In this document: positions 11,822 through 25,154 of the stretch, piece by piece
Layout: every line of letters begins with the position of its first letter
How positions within the stretch are numbered: the first letter of the stretch is position 1
From: Octopus sinensis
Taxonomy: Eukaryota
Direction: 5' to 3'
Length of the DNA stretch: 64,000 nt
NCBI RefSeq assembly: GCF_006345805.1
Contig: NC_043006.1
Coordinates: 57,598,001 to 57,662,000, forward strand
Notes under the pieces: model-generated
What the model saw: only the letters and a program-made list of their open reading frames with translations
What the model was told of the DNA's origin: nothing
Database searches by the model: none
Position numbers and translations under genes: made by a program

Positions 11822-12708
11822 TACTCTTTTACTTGCTTCAGTCATGTGACTGTGGCCTTGCTGGAGCACCGCCTTTAGTCGAGCAAATCGACCTGAAGGC
11901 TTATTCTTTGTAAGCCTAGTACTTATTATATCGGTCTCTTTTTGCCGAACCGCTAAGTTACGGGGACGTAAACACACCAGCATCGGTTGTCAAGCGATGT
12001 TGGGGTGGGGGCAAACACAGACACACAGACACACACATATATATATATATACGACGAGCTTCTTTCAGTTTCCGTCTACCAAATCCACTCACAAGGCTTT
12101 GGTCGGCTCAAGGCTATAGTTGAAGACACTTGCCCAAGTGAGACTGAACCCGGAACCATGTGGTTCGTAAGCAAGCTACTTACAAAGATACATACAAATA
12201 CACACACATACATACACACATACATACAGACACACACACACATGCACACACACACATGCACACACACACACATATATATATACATATACATACATACATA
12301 TATACTCTTTACTCTTTTACTTGTTTCAGTCATTTGACTGCGGCCATGCTGGAGCACCGCCTTCAGTCGAGCAAATCGACCCCGGGACTTATTCTTTGTA
12401 AGCCCAGTACTTATTCTATCGGTCTCTTTTGACGAACCGCTAAGTGACGGGGACGCAAACACACCAGCATCGGTTGTCAAGCAATGCCAGGGGGACAGAC
12501 ACAGACACACAAACACACACACATACATATATACATACATATATACGACATGCTTCTTTCAGTTTCCGTCTACCAAATCCACTCACAAGGCATTGGTCGG
12601 CCCGAGGCTATAGTAGAAGACACTTGCCCAAGATGCCACGCAGTGGGACTGAACCCGGAACCATGTGGTTGGTTAGCAAGCTACTTACCACACAGCCACT
12701 CCTGCGCC
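11822..12708 (-). mobile_element. Two adjacent family A SINEs
   Basis: Copies at ~11822-12182 and ~12305-12708 match the 64-489 copy. Confidence 0.9.
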
Positions 12709-12917
<209 letters not shown>

Positions 12918-13198
12918 AAAGTGAGTGCAAGAGCGAAAGAGGAAAGGAAAAGAGAGAATTGTGTGAATTAGGCTGTGTGAATAAAACAATCTCGACTTTG
13001 AAATGTTGTTGTCCATGTTTGATTTAAAGTTAGCAGTCATTTCTGTTTTATTCGTGTACTCAACAGATGAAGAGGCCATTGCTGTTTCGGAGGAGTGCTC
13101 TTAAAAGCTGGCAGATCGAATATTTTCATGCGGAAATGATCTTATCATAGATGAGTGATATCAACTGAACGAAAATAGATGAAAAAACCAACAGGGTC

Positions 13199-13262
<64 letters not shown>

Positions 13263-13939
13263 TAATAATAACAATAATAATAATAACAATATCGTTTTTG
13301 TCTTGCTTTGTACGATTTTTAATGTGAAATCCTGTATTGGAATAGATGCTGCTGTGTCTTGGGAATTTTATTTTACCAATAAAATTACACATGTTGGCTC
13401 TATTTCAGTTCTTTTTTTGTTGTTAGTCAATTTTATATATAATTAACCAATTAATTAATCGATTGCTTGTTTGGTCAATCAATAGTCTGCTGGTTTGTTC
13501 TTTCATCGCCATTCACTATCTCATTAACGACACGTCCTCATTCTAGATCAGTCACATTGTATCCAATAATAATGATGATGATGATGATGTTTTTTATTCC
13601 CACAAATTCGAAGAGTGAGAGGACATTAAGGGAACAGGTTACAAAATCTATGAAAGATTTACTCGGAAATCGGATGACCGGAGAAATATTTGATGGTTTA
13701 GAGTTCCTAGTACGAACAATAAACACAGTTTCATCGAAAAAGAAAAAGATAACTTAAACAATTAAAATACTATATAATTGTGATAATGAATTATGTAAGA
13801 ATGAAAACACATTAATTTTCTGCTTTTGATGTGCGGAAACAAGAATGTAAGTCTCTTGACGGAGCGTTTCACAATTTGTTGGTCTCTCTTCAGAGAAATG
13901 TACACAGTAACCTTCTCCAACCGCTAGCATAGTGTATTA

Positions 13940-14040
<101 letters not shown>

Positions 14041-14151
14041 TATATGTGTGTGTATGTATGTATATGTATAATTTGGGTGGGGAGGGTGAAACTCGAAGTA
14101 GATGAAGCTATAAATAATTGCACGTAAATATTGGAGAGAAATAGTCGAAAA

Positions 14152-14214
14152 GTGTCTGTAGGTTTCGAACCCACATCTATAAACATGACAGACGTTCTGC
14201 CACTGGACCGAAGC
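14152..14214 (-). mobile_element. tRNA-like SINE head (family E)
   Basis: Minus strand GGTCCAGTGGCAGAACGTCTGTCATG...GGGTTCGAAACC (A- and B-box-like). A similar segment lies at 48141-48180. No complete cloverleaf. Confidence 0.5.
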
Positions 14215-15589
14215 AATTCTTCGAACTTTTCTATCCATTTTAGAAACTTTGAGAGAACGTGAAATACTATTTTTTGGAACAGTAAAACTCAAAGCAAATG
14301 AAACTATAGATAAAAGCGTGGAAATATTGGATTAAAACCCATTGGATAAATAAAGTCGAAACTGCCCGTGATTGAGAGCTTAATTTGCATATTTGTGCCC
14401 TAAAGTACAGTGAAGGCATAGAAAGAATGCTGTTACATTCTTATATAGTTCATTATCACTGCTGAAGCTTTCAAATATTTAAATTTATTTCAGAACTTCT
14501 TATTCAATGCTTAAACAAAGGAGTGGGGAGTCGCATACTAAGGCACATTTCTCTCACTTTTTAAAATGGTAAGGTATAATCTGAAAAAGATTTGCTGCTA
14601 TATTTAGTAGTTTGAGCACCTACGTAGAGGCACACACACTGACTCGGGTTATAATTATTGTTGTTATTGTTGTAGAATAGTGAAACTAATAATATACAGA
14701 GAAGAATAAACCCTAAGATTTGCTTCCCTTGATATACTGAGTTCTTCGCTTTACCATTCCGGGATGTATGACCAGTGTTAAAACCAAAATATTTCACATT
14801 AGTAATCGTAGGATTGACAGATCGAAGGTAGTATCGGTCCTAGACTCAATTCTCGAGCACATATGACTGTGTAGTTAAAAAGTTTACTTCTAAATCAAAC
14901 GGTTCCGGATCCCATCCTACTGCAAGGCACATTTGACAAATTAATTCTACTATGACATCTACTCAATCTAAATTGTGATGAAAATTGGGTTGATGGAAAC
15001 TAAACGGAAGCTGTTGGATGGCCTATAAATGGTATGCCGGAGTTCCCCTCATTTCCCATTAAAACCCTCAAAGGACACTGGTACAGTCTTTCCTCTACTA
15101 ACTAAATCATTAAAAAAATGAAATCCAGTCGGAAGAGGATGATGATGCAGCATTTGAGTCTTGGGTAGCTGTCGATGTTGCGGTTAGCTTCTTGGGATTT
15201 CTTTTTATTTCGTATATTATACATTTTATGGAATCTTCAAAATTAATATGTCCTTAACTTGGGATGTACAGACCCCCGGTGTTCCACGAAGGTAATAATG
15301 GGGATCTGTGAGCTAAGTTCAGAATTTGTCGAATTGAGAAACCTTTCAAAAGCTTGGGGTCTGCAGGAAAATTTAATTAAAATTAAAGGAGTCCTTCGTA
15401 CTAAAAGGTTGGGGACCACTTACAGTGACCTCGCATTATAACTGGTCTATTAGATCAAGGCCGACTTGTGGTTAAACAATAACAAAAGAAACACACCAGT
15501 GCCAAAACCATTTGGATTATCCGTGTCTTCATTCTCGACATTAAAGTTTAGGTGTATTTTGTTTATGCTTTCTGTATTCGTTACTTCTT

Positions 15590-16872
15590 GCTTAAGTCAT
15601 ACTGGAACACAACTCTGAGTGGGTTAGTCGAACGAATCGAACCCAGTACTGATATCATTATTTTTAAAACTCTGGTACTTATTCTATCGGTTTGTGTTGC
15701 CGAACTGCCAGGTTACGGAGAAGTAAACGCACAAACATTGGTTATCAAGCAGTGGGTGAGGAAAAGAACACACGCGCGCGCGCGCGCACGCATACACACA
15801 CACATGCACACGAAGGGCTTCCACACAGTTTCCACCAAACCGAATTCACTCACAAGGTGTTGGCCGCCGGCTAGGAGCTATAGCGGAAGACACTTGCCCA
15901 AGGTGTCGTGGAATGGAACTGCACATGAAACCACGTAGCTGCAAGGAAAGCTTTTTAACTACTTAACCAAGCTTTTAACTTTTCCTTTTGCACTTTCTAA
16001 CAAATTACCTCCATATACAAAAATGTTAAAAGTCAGTTGTCACTTCTGCTGAGCAGAAGGATGTTAGTTGTTAGAAGGATGTTAGAGAGTGGCTTCAGTT
16101 TTAGTTCACTCTTAGAAACCAGGAGTTGATTTCTGTTTCTGTCGGATCATAAGCAGATAAACAATTCACTTCTTATAGTGTCTGCTAAAAATTCTAGGAT
16201 TTCACAGTTCAGCCTTGCTTGTTTACTAATTAGTTCAACTCAGGTAAGTAAATTTAAACACTTTGGTCTCGAAAACAGAATAGTACAATGCTTATAATGG
16301 TTCCATATACTCAGCGAGTGATAACCTAATCCATTCGTATTGTGTTTGTATGTGTGTGCACGCGCGCATGCGTGTATGTTTGTGAGCGTGTGCGTGTTTG
16401 TGTAACCCGTAGAGGATAGCACAACAAAGTTATACTCACACCAACACACACAAACACACACACACACACACATACACACACAGAGTCTTTTATTCTTTTA
16501 TTCTTTTACTTTCATCAGTCATTTGACTGTAGCCATGCTGGAGCGCCACCTTTAGTCGAACAAACCGCCCCCAGGACTTCTTCGTAAGCCTAGTACTTAT
16601 TCTATCGGTCCCGTTTGCCGAAAGGGGAAAAGGGGACGTAAACACACCAACATCTATTCTCAAGCGATGGTTGGGGAACAGACACAAACGCACAAATACA
16701 TACATATACACGACGGGCTTCTTTCAGTTTCCGCCTACCAAAACTACTCATAAAGTTTTGATCGGCCCGAGGCTATAGTAGAGGACACTTGCCTAAGGTG
16801 TCACGCAGTGGGACTGAACCCAGAACCATAAAGTTGAGAAGCAGGCTTCTTACCACACACCCACTCCTGCGG
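15590..16872 (-). mobile_element. Family A SINEs at ~15590-15965 and ~16490-16872
   Basis: Same motif order as the 64-489 copy, more diverged. Confidence 0.85.
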
Positions 16873-16890
16873 CTATATATTATGTATGTA

Positions 16891-16928
<38 letters not shown>

Positions 16929-16963
16929 ATATATGTATGTATGTATGTATGTATTATATATAT

Positions 16964-17022
<59 letters not shown>

Positions 17023-17128
17023 ATGTATATATGTATATAGATATATATATATATATATATATATATCTATATATGTATATATATATATGTATAATATATA
17101 TGTATATATATATATATATGTATTATAG

Positions 17129-17199
<71 letters not shown>

Positions 17200-17207
17200 T
17201 ATATATA

Positions 17208-17760
17208 ACGGGAAGCTTTATGAAATAGACAAAAGACGAAGGCAGGTTGACGGAAATAAACAAAAGACGAAGGCAGGTGAATACAAACAAAATTGTATTA
17301 GTATGGCGCTCAGGAAATATAAATAAAACAAGTCTTTAACGTTTCGAGCCTACGCTCTTCACCAGAAAGATACACAGAGAAGAAACACAGAAAGAAGGAG
17401 AGAAAAAAAATGCGTGCAGAGGCTAGCGAATCAACATGGCGATCTGATTTCGGCCAGAAGTCAAAGATCAAACGTGAGACGCAAGAGCGAAATTAGGGGA
17501 GATGATAGGGTTAAATGACCTCGCTCCAACATAAGAGTGTGTGTGTATATATACTTACATATCAGACCAAAAAGGGTACGGGCGTCGCTATATATAAATA
17601 TATGTATATGTAAAAAAATACAAACTGGACAAGAACGCAAAACATTTAGAAGACGATACAAAAAACACGGGACATTTGAAGCTTCGAATGTCCCGTCCGT
17701 GTTTTTGTAGCGTCTTTTAAATGTTTTGCGTTCTTGTCCCAGTTGTATTTTTTTTACATA
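17208..17760. mobile_element. Penelope-type (TA)n-flanked repeat containing a hammerhead-like motif
   Basis: Related segments at 20230-20390, 31390-31490, 38590-39030, 40670-41050, 41490-41900 and 42440-42840. Hammerhead-like core at 17333-17370. Confidence 0.55.
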
Positions 17761-17845
17761 TAATATATATATATATATCTATATATATATAATATAATAT
17801 TATAATATATATATATATATATTATATTATATAATATATGTAATA

Positions 17846-17880
<35 letters not shown>

Positions 17881-17932
17881 ATGTGTGTAGATATATATAT
17901 ATATATGTATATATATGTATATATATAATATA

Positions 17933-19139
17933 TTCCATGATCATACGTGGAGTATTTATTTATTCTCCCATCGAAATTTTACTGAAGAAGGATATATCTT
18001 TTTTTATAAGATTAAGTCCGAAATTGATTCAATATAGAGATAACGAATTTAATTTTCTAAAGTAGTTGCCCGTTTTCAGTTTCAATTTCTGTAACAAGCG
18101 GATTATAAGTGGATAAACCAGTGTATTTGGCTTTAGAATAACCCTCTTTAGCCCTTAATTATATATTATATTGCAACCTTAACGGGTTTTTTTTAATATA
18201 CTGCCCACGCTTCCTGATGAATTCCTTTGCTGTAGAGTAAGGGACTTCATCCTATATTGCTTAGTAGTAAACTCGATCTTGCTACAGGAGGACTGGTAAC
18301 CATTACAATTGTAGCGGCGAAGGTCTGGACGTTGTTTATGAGGCTGACCAAAGAATTTTATTTTTAGATATAAATGATGTACTCAAGTGTAGTTATGTTT
18401 TTAGCTTGTGCTTTTTCCATGATCATACGTGAGTATTATTTATATCCCATCGAAATTTCTACTGAAGAAGGAATATATCTTTTTTTATAAGATTAAGCCG
18501 AAATTGATTCAATATATAGATAACGAATTTAAATTTTCTAAAGGTTAGTTGCCCGTTTTCAGTTTCATTTTCCTGTAACAAGCGGATTATAAGTGGATAA
18601 AACAGTGTATTTGGCTTTATAATAACCCTCTTTAGCCCTTAATTATATGATGTAATTGCAACCGTAACGGTTTTTTTAAATATACTGCCCACGCTTCCTG
18701 ATGAATTCCTTTGCTGTAGAGTAAGGGACTTCATCCTATATTGCTTAGTAGTAAACTCGATGCTTGCTACAGGAGGACTGGTAACCATTACAATTTGTAG
18801 CGGCGAAAGGTCTGGACGTTTTTTTCTGAGGCGGACCAAAGAATTTTATTTTTAGATATAAATGATGTACTCAATGTGTTATTTTTTTAGCTTGTGCTTT
18901 TTCCATGATCATACGTGAGTATTTTATTTATATCCCATCGAAATTTCTACTGAAGAAGGAATATATCTTTTTTTATAAGATTAAGTCCGAAATTGATTCA
19001 ATATAGAGATAACGAAATTTAAATTTTCTAAGGTTAGTTGCCCGTTTTAGTTTCAATTTCCTGTAACAAGCGGATTATAAGTGGATAAAACAGTGTATTT
19101 GGCTTTAGAATAACCCTCTTTAGCCCTTAATTATATGAT
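17933..19139. repeat. Tandem triplication of a ~484-bp unit (about 2.5 copies)
   Basis: The unit starts TTCCATGATCATACGTG at 17933, 18415 and 18901. Copies differ mostly by 1-2 nt indels. Confidence 0.95.
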
Positions 19140-19174
19140 ATATATATATTATATATATATATATAATATATATG

Positions 19175-19206
<32 letters not shown>

Positions 19207-19409
19207 TATATTGTGTGTGTATATATATAATATATATATGTATATATATGTATATATATATTATATAATATATATGTATATGTATATATATATATGTATG
19301 TATGTATATAATATATATATGTATGTATATATATATATATATGCATGTATGTATGTATATATAAATGTATGTATGTATATATATATATATGTATGTATAT
19401 ATATATGTA

Positions 19410-19445
<36 letters not shown>

Positions 19446-20173
19446 TGTATGTATGTATGTATACACACACATATATATATGTATATACATATACACACAT
19501 ACAACCATATATTTAAACGTAGTATTCTTAGCAAATGTCAGCTTAAAGGATTACCAATTCAACAACCATGACTTTTTAATAAATTGATTAACAGTTGTGA
19601 TGACTTCACGTTACTCTGTCGTAGCTGGCTACGCAAATAAATGACGACCAGGCACGAAATTCTTGAATAAACAGTCGCTACAAGACAGGCATGATACCTG
19701 CAGCTTACAGATGTCAGCTGGCCGCTGGTCGTTAAAAGAAAACGGACGCTAAAGCATGCCACTCGCTTTGATTAGTAGTATTCATTGCGAGTATGACGAT
19801 GATATTTTAGATATAAAATTATAAATACCAATCTGTTTTGTTTAACCAAAGAAACGTTTATGTGGTCGCCCGATCTGTTAAAAATAACAACCAGAACTTC
19901 CTAAAATCGTACCACGCTATCTCGAAAAGAAAAAAAGAGCGTGTGCGGTTGTAGGGGCTTATTCTATAACGTATGTCTAGATACAGAGTATTCGATAGAA
20001 GCCCGTGATGGTCATGGTCGGGAAACTTTTCCCCATAGGTCTGGTCAATCACGGATGCCCTAGGGTTTTACTATAACAAGAACAACAACAACAGCAATGA
20101 TGACTGCTAGCTCTCTGATGCTGCCGCGCTACAGAACTAGTACGAATACATACATACATACATACATACATAC

Positions 20174-20234
<61 letters not shown>

Positions 20235-20388
20235 AGAAAACAAAAAATGGAACAAGTACGTAACAGGCGACAACAAAACATCCGGACAGTTAGATGATAC
20301 AAAAAAGGACAAGAAAAAAAACAACGACGGGTCATTCGGAGGTTCCTATCCTCAGTCGAGTTCCAGATGATCTTAGCAGTTTCGGCCG

Positions 20389-20419
<31 letters not shown>

Positions 20420-21699
20420 TGGATGGCTGTGACTGATGTGGCGAATAGAGAGACAAATTATTCCAATCATGCTTAAAAGATCATCTGCTGCAAACCTAAC
20501 TTGAGTAAGTTCCGATGAGATGAGTTTCAAAACGACTCACAGAACTTAGCCAAATCATTTTGAAATCTACCAACGTATTTTGGATCGGTTTGATAACAAA
20601 AGTAGAAATTCATGAGAAAGAAATAGTTTCTCACGAAGCTCATCTTTCTGAGGCTGATGAAAATGTATCAATGCATTCGGTGGATAGTCGGATCAGTAGC
20701 CACATTGGACCGGGTGGGTGTCTTGCAGTATTTATTCTGGTTCTGTGTGTTCTGAGTTTAAATCCCACAATGGCCTACTTGTGTGGAAGACTTAATCCGT
20801 CACCTGGTTTAGCACTACCACCTGATATTTTGGGGTACCAGTAATAGAGTCTACTCTGTTGATAGCATTCGGGACTGGCTTCCGATTTGATGATGCCTGC
20901 CTCCCGCCTCCTCAATAATCTCGGAGGTCCTGTAAAGGGTCATGAACTCTGCTTCTACTGAATAAAATTTATATATTTTACCAGGTGGTGCTATTGAGTT
21001 AGACATCGCCTGGGCCTATACTGGCCGAAACCTACCAAAGTTCTCAAAGTTATATATATGCATGTATACCATTTAATGTATACAGTATAAAGATACGAGC
21101 TACTAACAGTTTCTTGCTATGGAGACGCGGGTTCTTGCTTTGGCGACACGCCTTTTATCTCCAAGCAATGTGCACACATATGGAGCAGAAGAACTGCCTG
21201 CTCTGCCCTATTAAAGTAGTATGATTGACTTAGCCGATTGCCAGATTCATCCTACATGAGGCAACAACTGTCTTACTTAATTCCACAGGAGGTCAGTAGT
21301 GCTGAGACACTGAGCAAGTACGTGCAGAACGGATTCGTCGTTCCGTACGCATCTCGAACAGACCCGATCGACAGCACTTTCGTCTCTGTGCAGTTTGTGT
21401 CCTGTCAATGATGCCCTTTGGTAGCACTGCCGGACTAAAGATTCTGAAAGTTATCCATGATAGTCACCGGTCTTTAAGTCCTCCAGATCTGCCAAACTAA
21501 TTCATTCATGTCGATGCTCAGAGTTTCTCCGAGAATGTAGTCACTCTCGATACTGGTTAAAGCGATCTTCTTCCGACCCCACTGTCCGATTTGTATGAGG
21601 CTGTGTGCATTTGACGTGGATGATTTAAAGTTTTAAGCAAAGGGAGAATCAACTGGATACAAACAAATATTTAGTTGTAGCTTAGGATGGCTTTTAGTA

Positions 21700-21905
21700 T
21701 AAAAAAAAATTGCTGCGATGACGATAAAGCGAATGAAAATCGTAGGAAGTACTCGAGAGGATTTTGCAGATGAAGAGATGATAAAATCCTTAGATATAGA
21801 AGAAGCATTATATCTTAGGATAATGGCAAATTATAAGATTAAAAGTATAGAAATGACAAAATCCCTCAGCAAGGGTTATTCTCATAGAATTAAGAAAAAA
21901 ATTTA
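21700..21905 (+). mobile_element. R4/Dong RT fragment
   Basis: IKSLDIEEALYLRIMANYKIKSIEMTKSLSKGYSHRIKK resembles the R4 RT segment around YKYLGI. Confidence 0.55.
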
Positions 21906-22641
21906 ATCTTACGTGAATCATTGCACAAGTTATCAATAATTGTTTTTAATTTAGGTACAAGGCCCAGTAATAAGAGACAGTCAATGCCATCGACTCCATT
22001 ACTTAACAGGTAATTTACTCCACCGACCCCGAAAAGCTGAAGGATAAAGCTAACCTCATGGGGATTTGAACTCAGACCGTAAAGAGTTGGAACAAATACT
22101 GCAAGCCATTTCATCCAATGTTGTAACGATTCTGCGATGACTATAACAACTATCCAATCAACATACGAAGACGTAAGAAATATGTTTAGATAAGAACATA
22201 CAACAGAATTAATTTTCAATATCATTATTAGAGCTTTCTAGGGCGACGACCTGGTAGAATCGTTAGCGTGTCGAATAAAATGCTTAACGGCATTTCTTCC
22301 GGCTCTTTATATTCTGAGTTCAAAATCCTCCAACAACAACTTCACCTTTCATTCTTCCAAGGAGTAAATAATATAAAGTATCAGTGAAATACTAGGACCA
22401 ATATAATCGACTAAAATTGGTGGGTTTCAGACGAAATTAGAAAGAATTAGAACCCTCTTGTTTATGTAAAAACTATCGTTTCTTCCACTGTTGTAACAAA
22501 GACAGGAACCAACCACTGAAGGAACTTCTACGTGGTGACGTGAATTCCTAGAAATAACAGCTAAATATTCCTCAACTTTCTCAAATCTCATTCTACCGTC
22601 TGCAAAATATTGGATAAAATGATCTTAAATATTCAGTCTGA

Positions 22642-23033
22642 CAAGGCGGTGAGCTGGCAGAACGTTAGCACGCTGGGCGAAGTGATTAGCGGTATTTCGT
22701 CTGCCGCTACGTTCTGAGTTCAAATTCCGCCGAGGTCGATTTTGCCTTTCATCCTTTCGGGGTCGATAAATTAAGTACCAGTTATGCACTGGGGTCGATG
22801 TAATCAACTAAATACCTATGTCTGTCCTTGTTTGTCCTCTCTGTGTTTAGACCCTTGTGGGTAATAAAAAAATAGGTATTTCGTCTGCCGTTACGTTCTG
22901 AGTTCAAATTCTGCCGAGGTCGACTTTGCCTTTCATCCTTTCGGGATCGATAAAGAAAGTACCAGTTATGTACTGGGGTCAATGTAATTGACCGCCCCAG
23001 CCAAATTTCGGGCCTTGTGCCTAGAGCAGAAAA
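22642..23033 (+). mobile_element. Dimeric family B SINE with TSD
   Basis: A full unit followed by an internal restart at GGTATTTCGTCTGCCG. Flanking direct repeat AAATATTCAGTCTGA at 22627 and 23034. Confidence 0.9.
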
Positions 23034-25154
23034 AAATATTCAGTCTGAAAAACATATAAATAAATGTCAAGATGGTCATGACTAGAATTCCGTTTGCTCA
23101 TAAACCAACTTGACCAGAACTGACCTGAGGTTAAGCAACACAGATGCACTATTGTTAAATTATCACCATTTTCTTTCTGTTTGTGAGTCGGTGGTATCCA
23201 TTAACAAGGAGGAAACAGAAGTTACAATATTCATGATTTTCTATATCTATGGAACTGTGTCTGTGTTCAGGAACCAGCAAACCAAAGGCGTAGCCAGGTT
23301 TCGGCCGCCCTATTCGCAGATGTGTAGCGAGGATTGTTGCCCTATACTCAGAGGTGTAGCCAGGTTCTAAAGTTAGGGGCAGCTAACACATAAAAGAAAA
23401 GGTGCCGTGACACATACCTTTCCTTCATTCTTTTAAGGAGTAGATGAAATAAAGTACCAGTCAAATACTAGGGGGTCAATGTCATCAACTGACCCCTTCT
23501 TCTAAAACTGGTAGGTTTGAGTCGAAATTGGAAAGAATTATTAGAACCCATTTCTCTTATATTAGGCGAAGTATTTCATTAGTTATATGTAATTGTATTC
23601 TACATTCATTAATTTCATGTTTCAATAGCAATGTCATTATGTTTGAAACAACTATTGATATAGGTGTCACATGAAAAAAGATGAAACTCCATGTGATCGT
23701 CCAATGTCGAGAGGTTATGACGTCAAGGTTTGTTTTGGTTCTTCTGTTGTCAGTGGCCACTAACACATCATAAGAGATTCAGCAGACAGTTCAAAAACAC
23801 GGGAGGTTGGTCAAATAGTCATGACTCCACAAAGTTCTTCCAAGACCATGGGATTAACAGAAAAAAAAAAAAGATTCGTATTTCATCGCACAAGTACAGA
23901 GTTAAACGGTTGTTGAAAAAGCGCCAATTTTGAAAAATGTGCGCGCGAGGAACAGTCGCTCCCCTTACTCCCCTGTTTATACACTACTGCCGATACAGCA
24001 GCCAAATTAGCCATCTTCTTTCTTGAAAGTAGCATACCTTCGACTTCAACAAACTCAGGCGTATAAAACGGCTGCTCTGTCAGGCCTGCGTACCCTATAC
24101 ATCCATGTTACACCTATGAGGCAACAGCCACCACTATACCAAAACTTTATGGCATGTTTACTATTTCTTGGTACCCCACGTTTTTACTAAGACCCACTTT
24201 CTTTAGATTCTAGGAACTACATTAAAAAAATAATGTTTTCGCCTTATACATTTGAGAAAAATAATGAATTTGATGTTCTTTCTGTCGAAGTAATTTATTT
24301 AAAATGTTTGAAATATATTTTAGCAATCGACACAGAGTATGCACACAAACTTTCTACCTTTAAAACGTTTCGTTCAAGTTAGTGATATAAGTACGTATAT
24401 GTTTAAAAACAAACAAACTAAAAAAAAACAACCCAATTCCGCACCGCCAACCCCCCAAAAAATCCCCACAAAAATTCATATAGATTCATATAGACGCTTT
24501 TAGTATTCGCCTGCGAAACATATTTTCAGATATGGCTCATAATCGTGAGCTATAATTGTTATCATTTCTATTTAATGATCAAAATAAAACGAGGAAGTTT
24601 CTGGAAATTCTTAGATGAGAAGACTGATCACGAAGAATACACATGTGGTTTATTTTCTATCATTTCTGTGATCTGCCGTGACAGTTGAGCCCTCTCTTTA
24701 CATACGATGTCACGTAGCCACCAATACTGCTCTATATATATAGATATAACCTGCCACAAGATTGCTTCTTCACAAACCAAGTTGTCAGTAATTCGCTTTG
24801 GGTTATTATTTTCTTTCTTAATTTACAAATCGCCTTCATATGTAAATCACAAAATAACGACGGTAAGTTTAACTTTTTTGCTTCTCCGCTTTTTCTTTAT
24901 ATTTTTTTCATGCACAGTTCATTTGCATTATCAGCACCTCTATAAATAATATGTGCAACAGTTGTAAATACGCATGCATATGCAATGATTTTTCTCACAG
25001 TATCCTTGTCTCTACTTAGTTTTTGATGACACTTACATTAAATCTATCATAAGCAAACTGTGGCCCGCAGAACTTTCTAAATGGTACGCCTTGATGATGA
25101 GCTATGTCTCATGCAACCTGCTTCCTGGAAAATGTTGCCCATGCTAGCATTAAA

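Noticed and set aside
12921-13027. Cys-rich frame [34 protein letters not shown]
   Set aside because: No acceptor or start codon, it abuts a (TA)n tract, and the spacing fits no family I know.
14152-14214. Functional tRNA gene
   Set aside because: A- and B-box-like motifs are present but there are no consistent acceptor or anticodon stems, so it is treated as a SINE head.
14494-14568. 75-nt AG/GT-bounded segment open in phase 2
   Set aside because: No recognisable product or partner exon, and such sites are common by chance.
18560-18840. Idea that the triplicated unit is ciliate-code (TAA/TAG = Gln) parasite DNA
   Set aside because: Four stops in about 85 codons is near random expectation for this base composition, and the flanks are host microsatellites.
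23230-23370. CSEDCCP in the 86-aa ORF
   Set aside because: Only three Cys, and it sits between GGCGTAGCCAGG-type repeat ends.
25112-25147. CNLLPGKCCPC-stop (C-x6-CC)
   Set aside because: No upstream Cys in frame, and the context resembles a DNA-transposon end (CTGTGGCCCGC).
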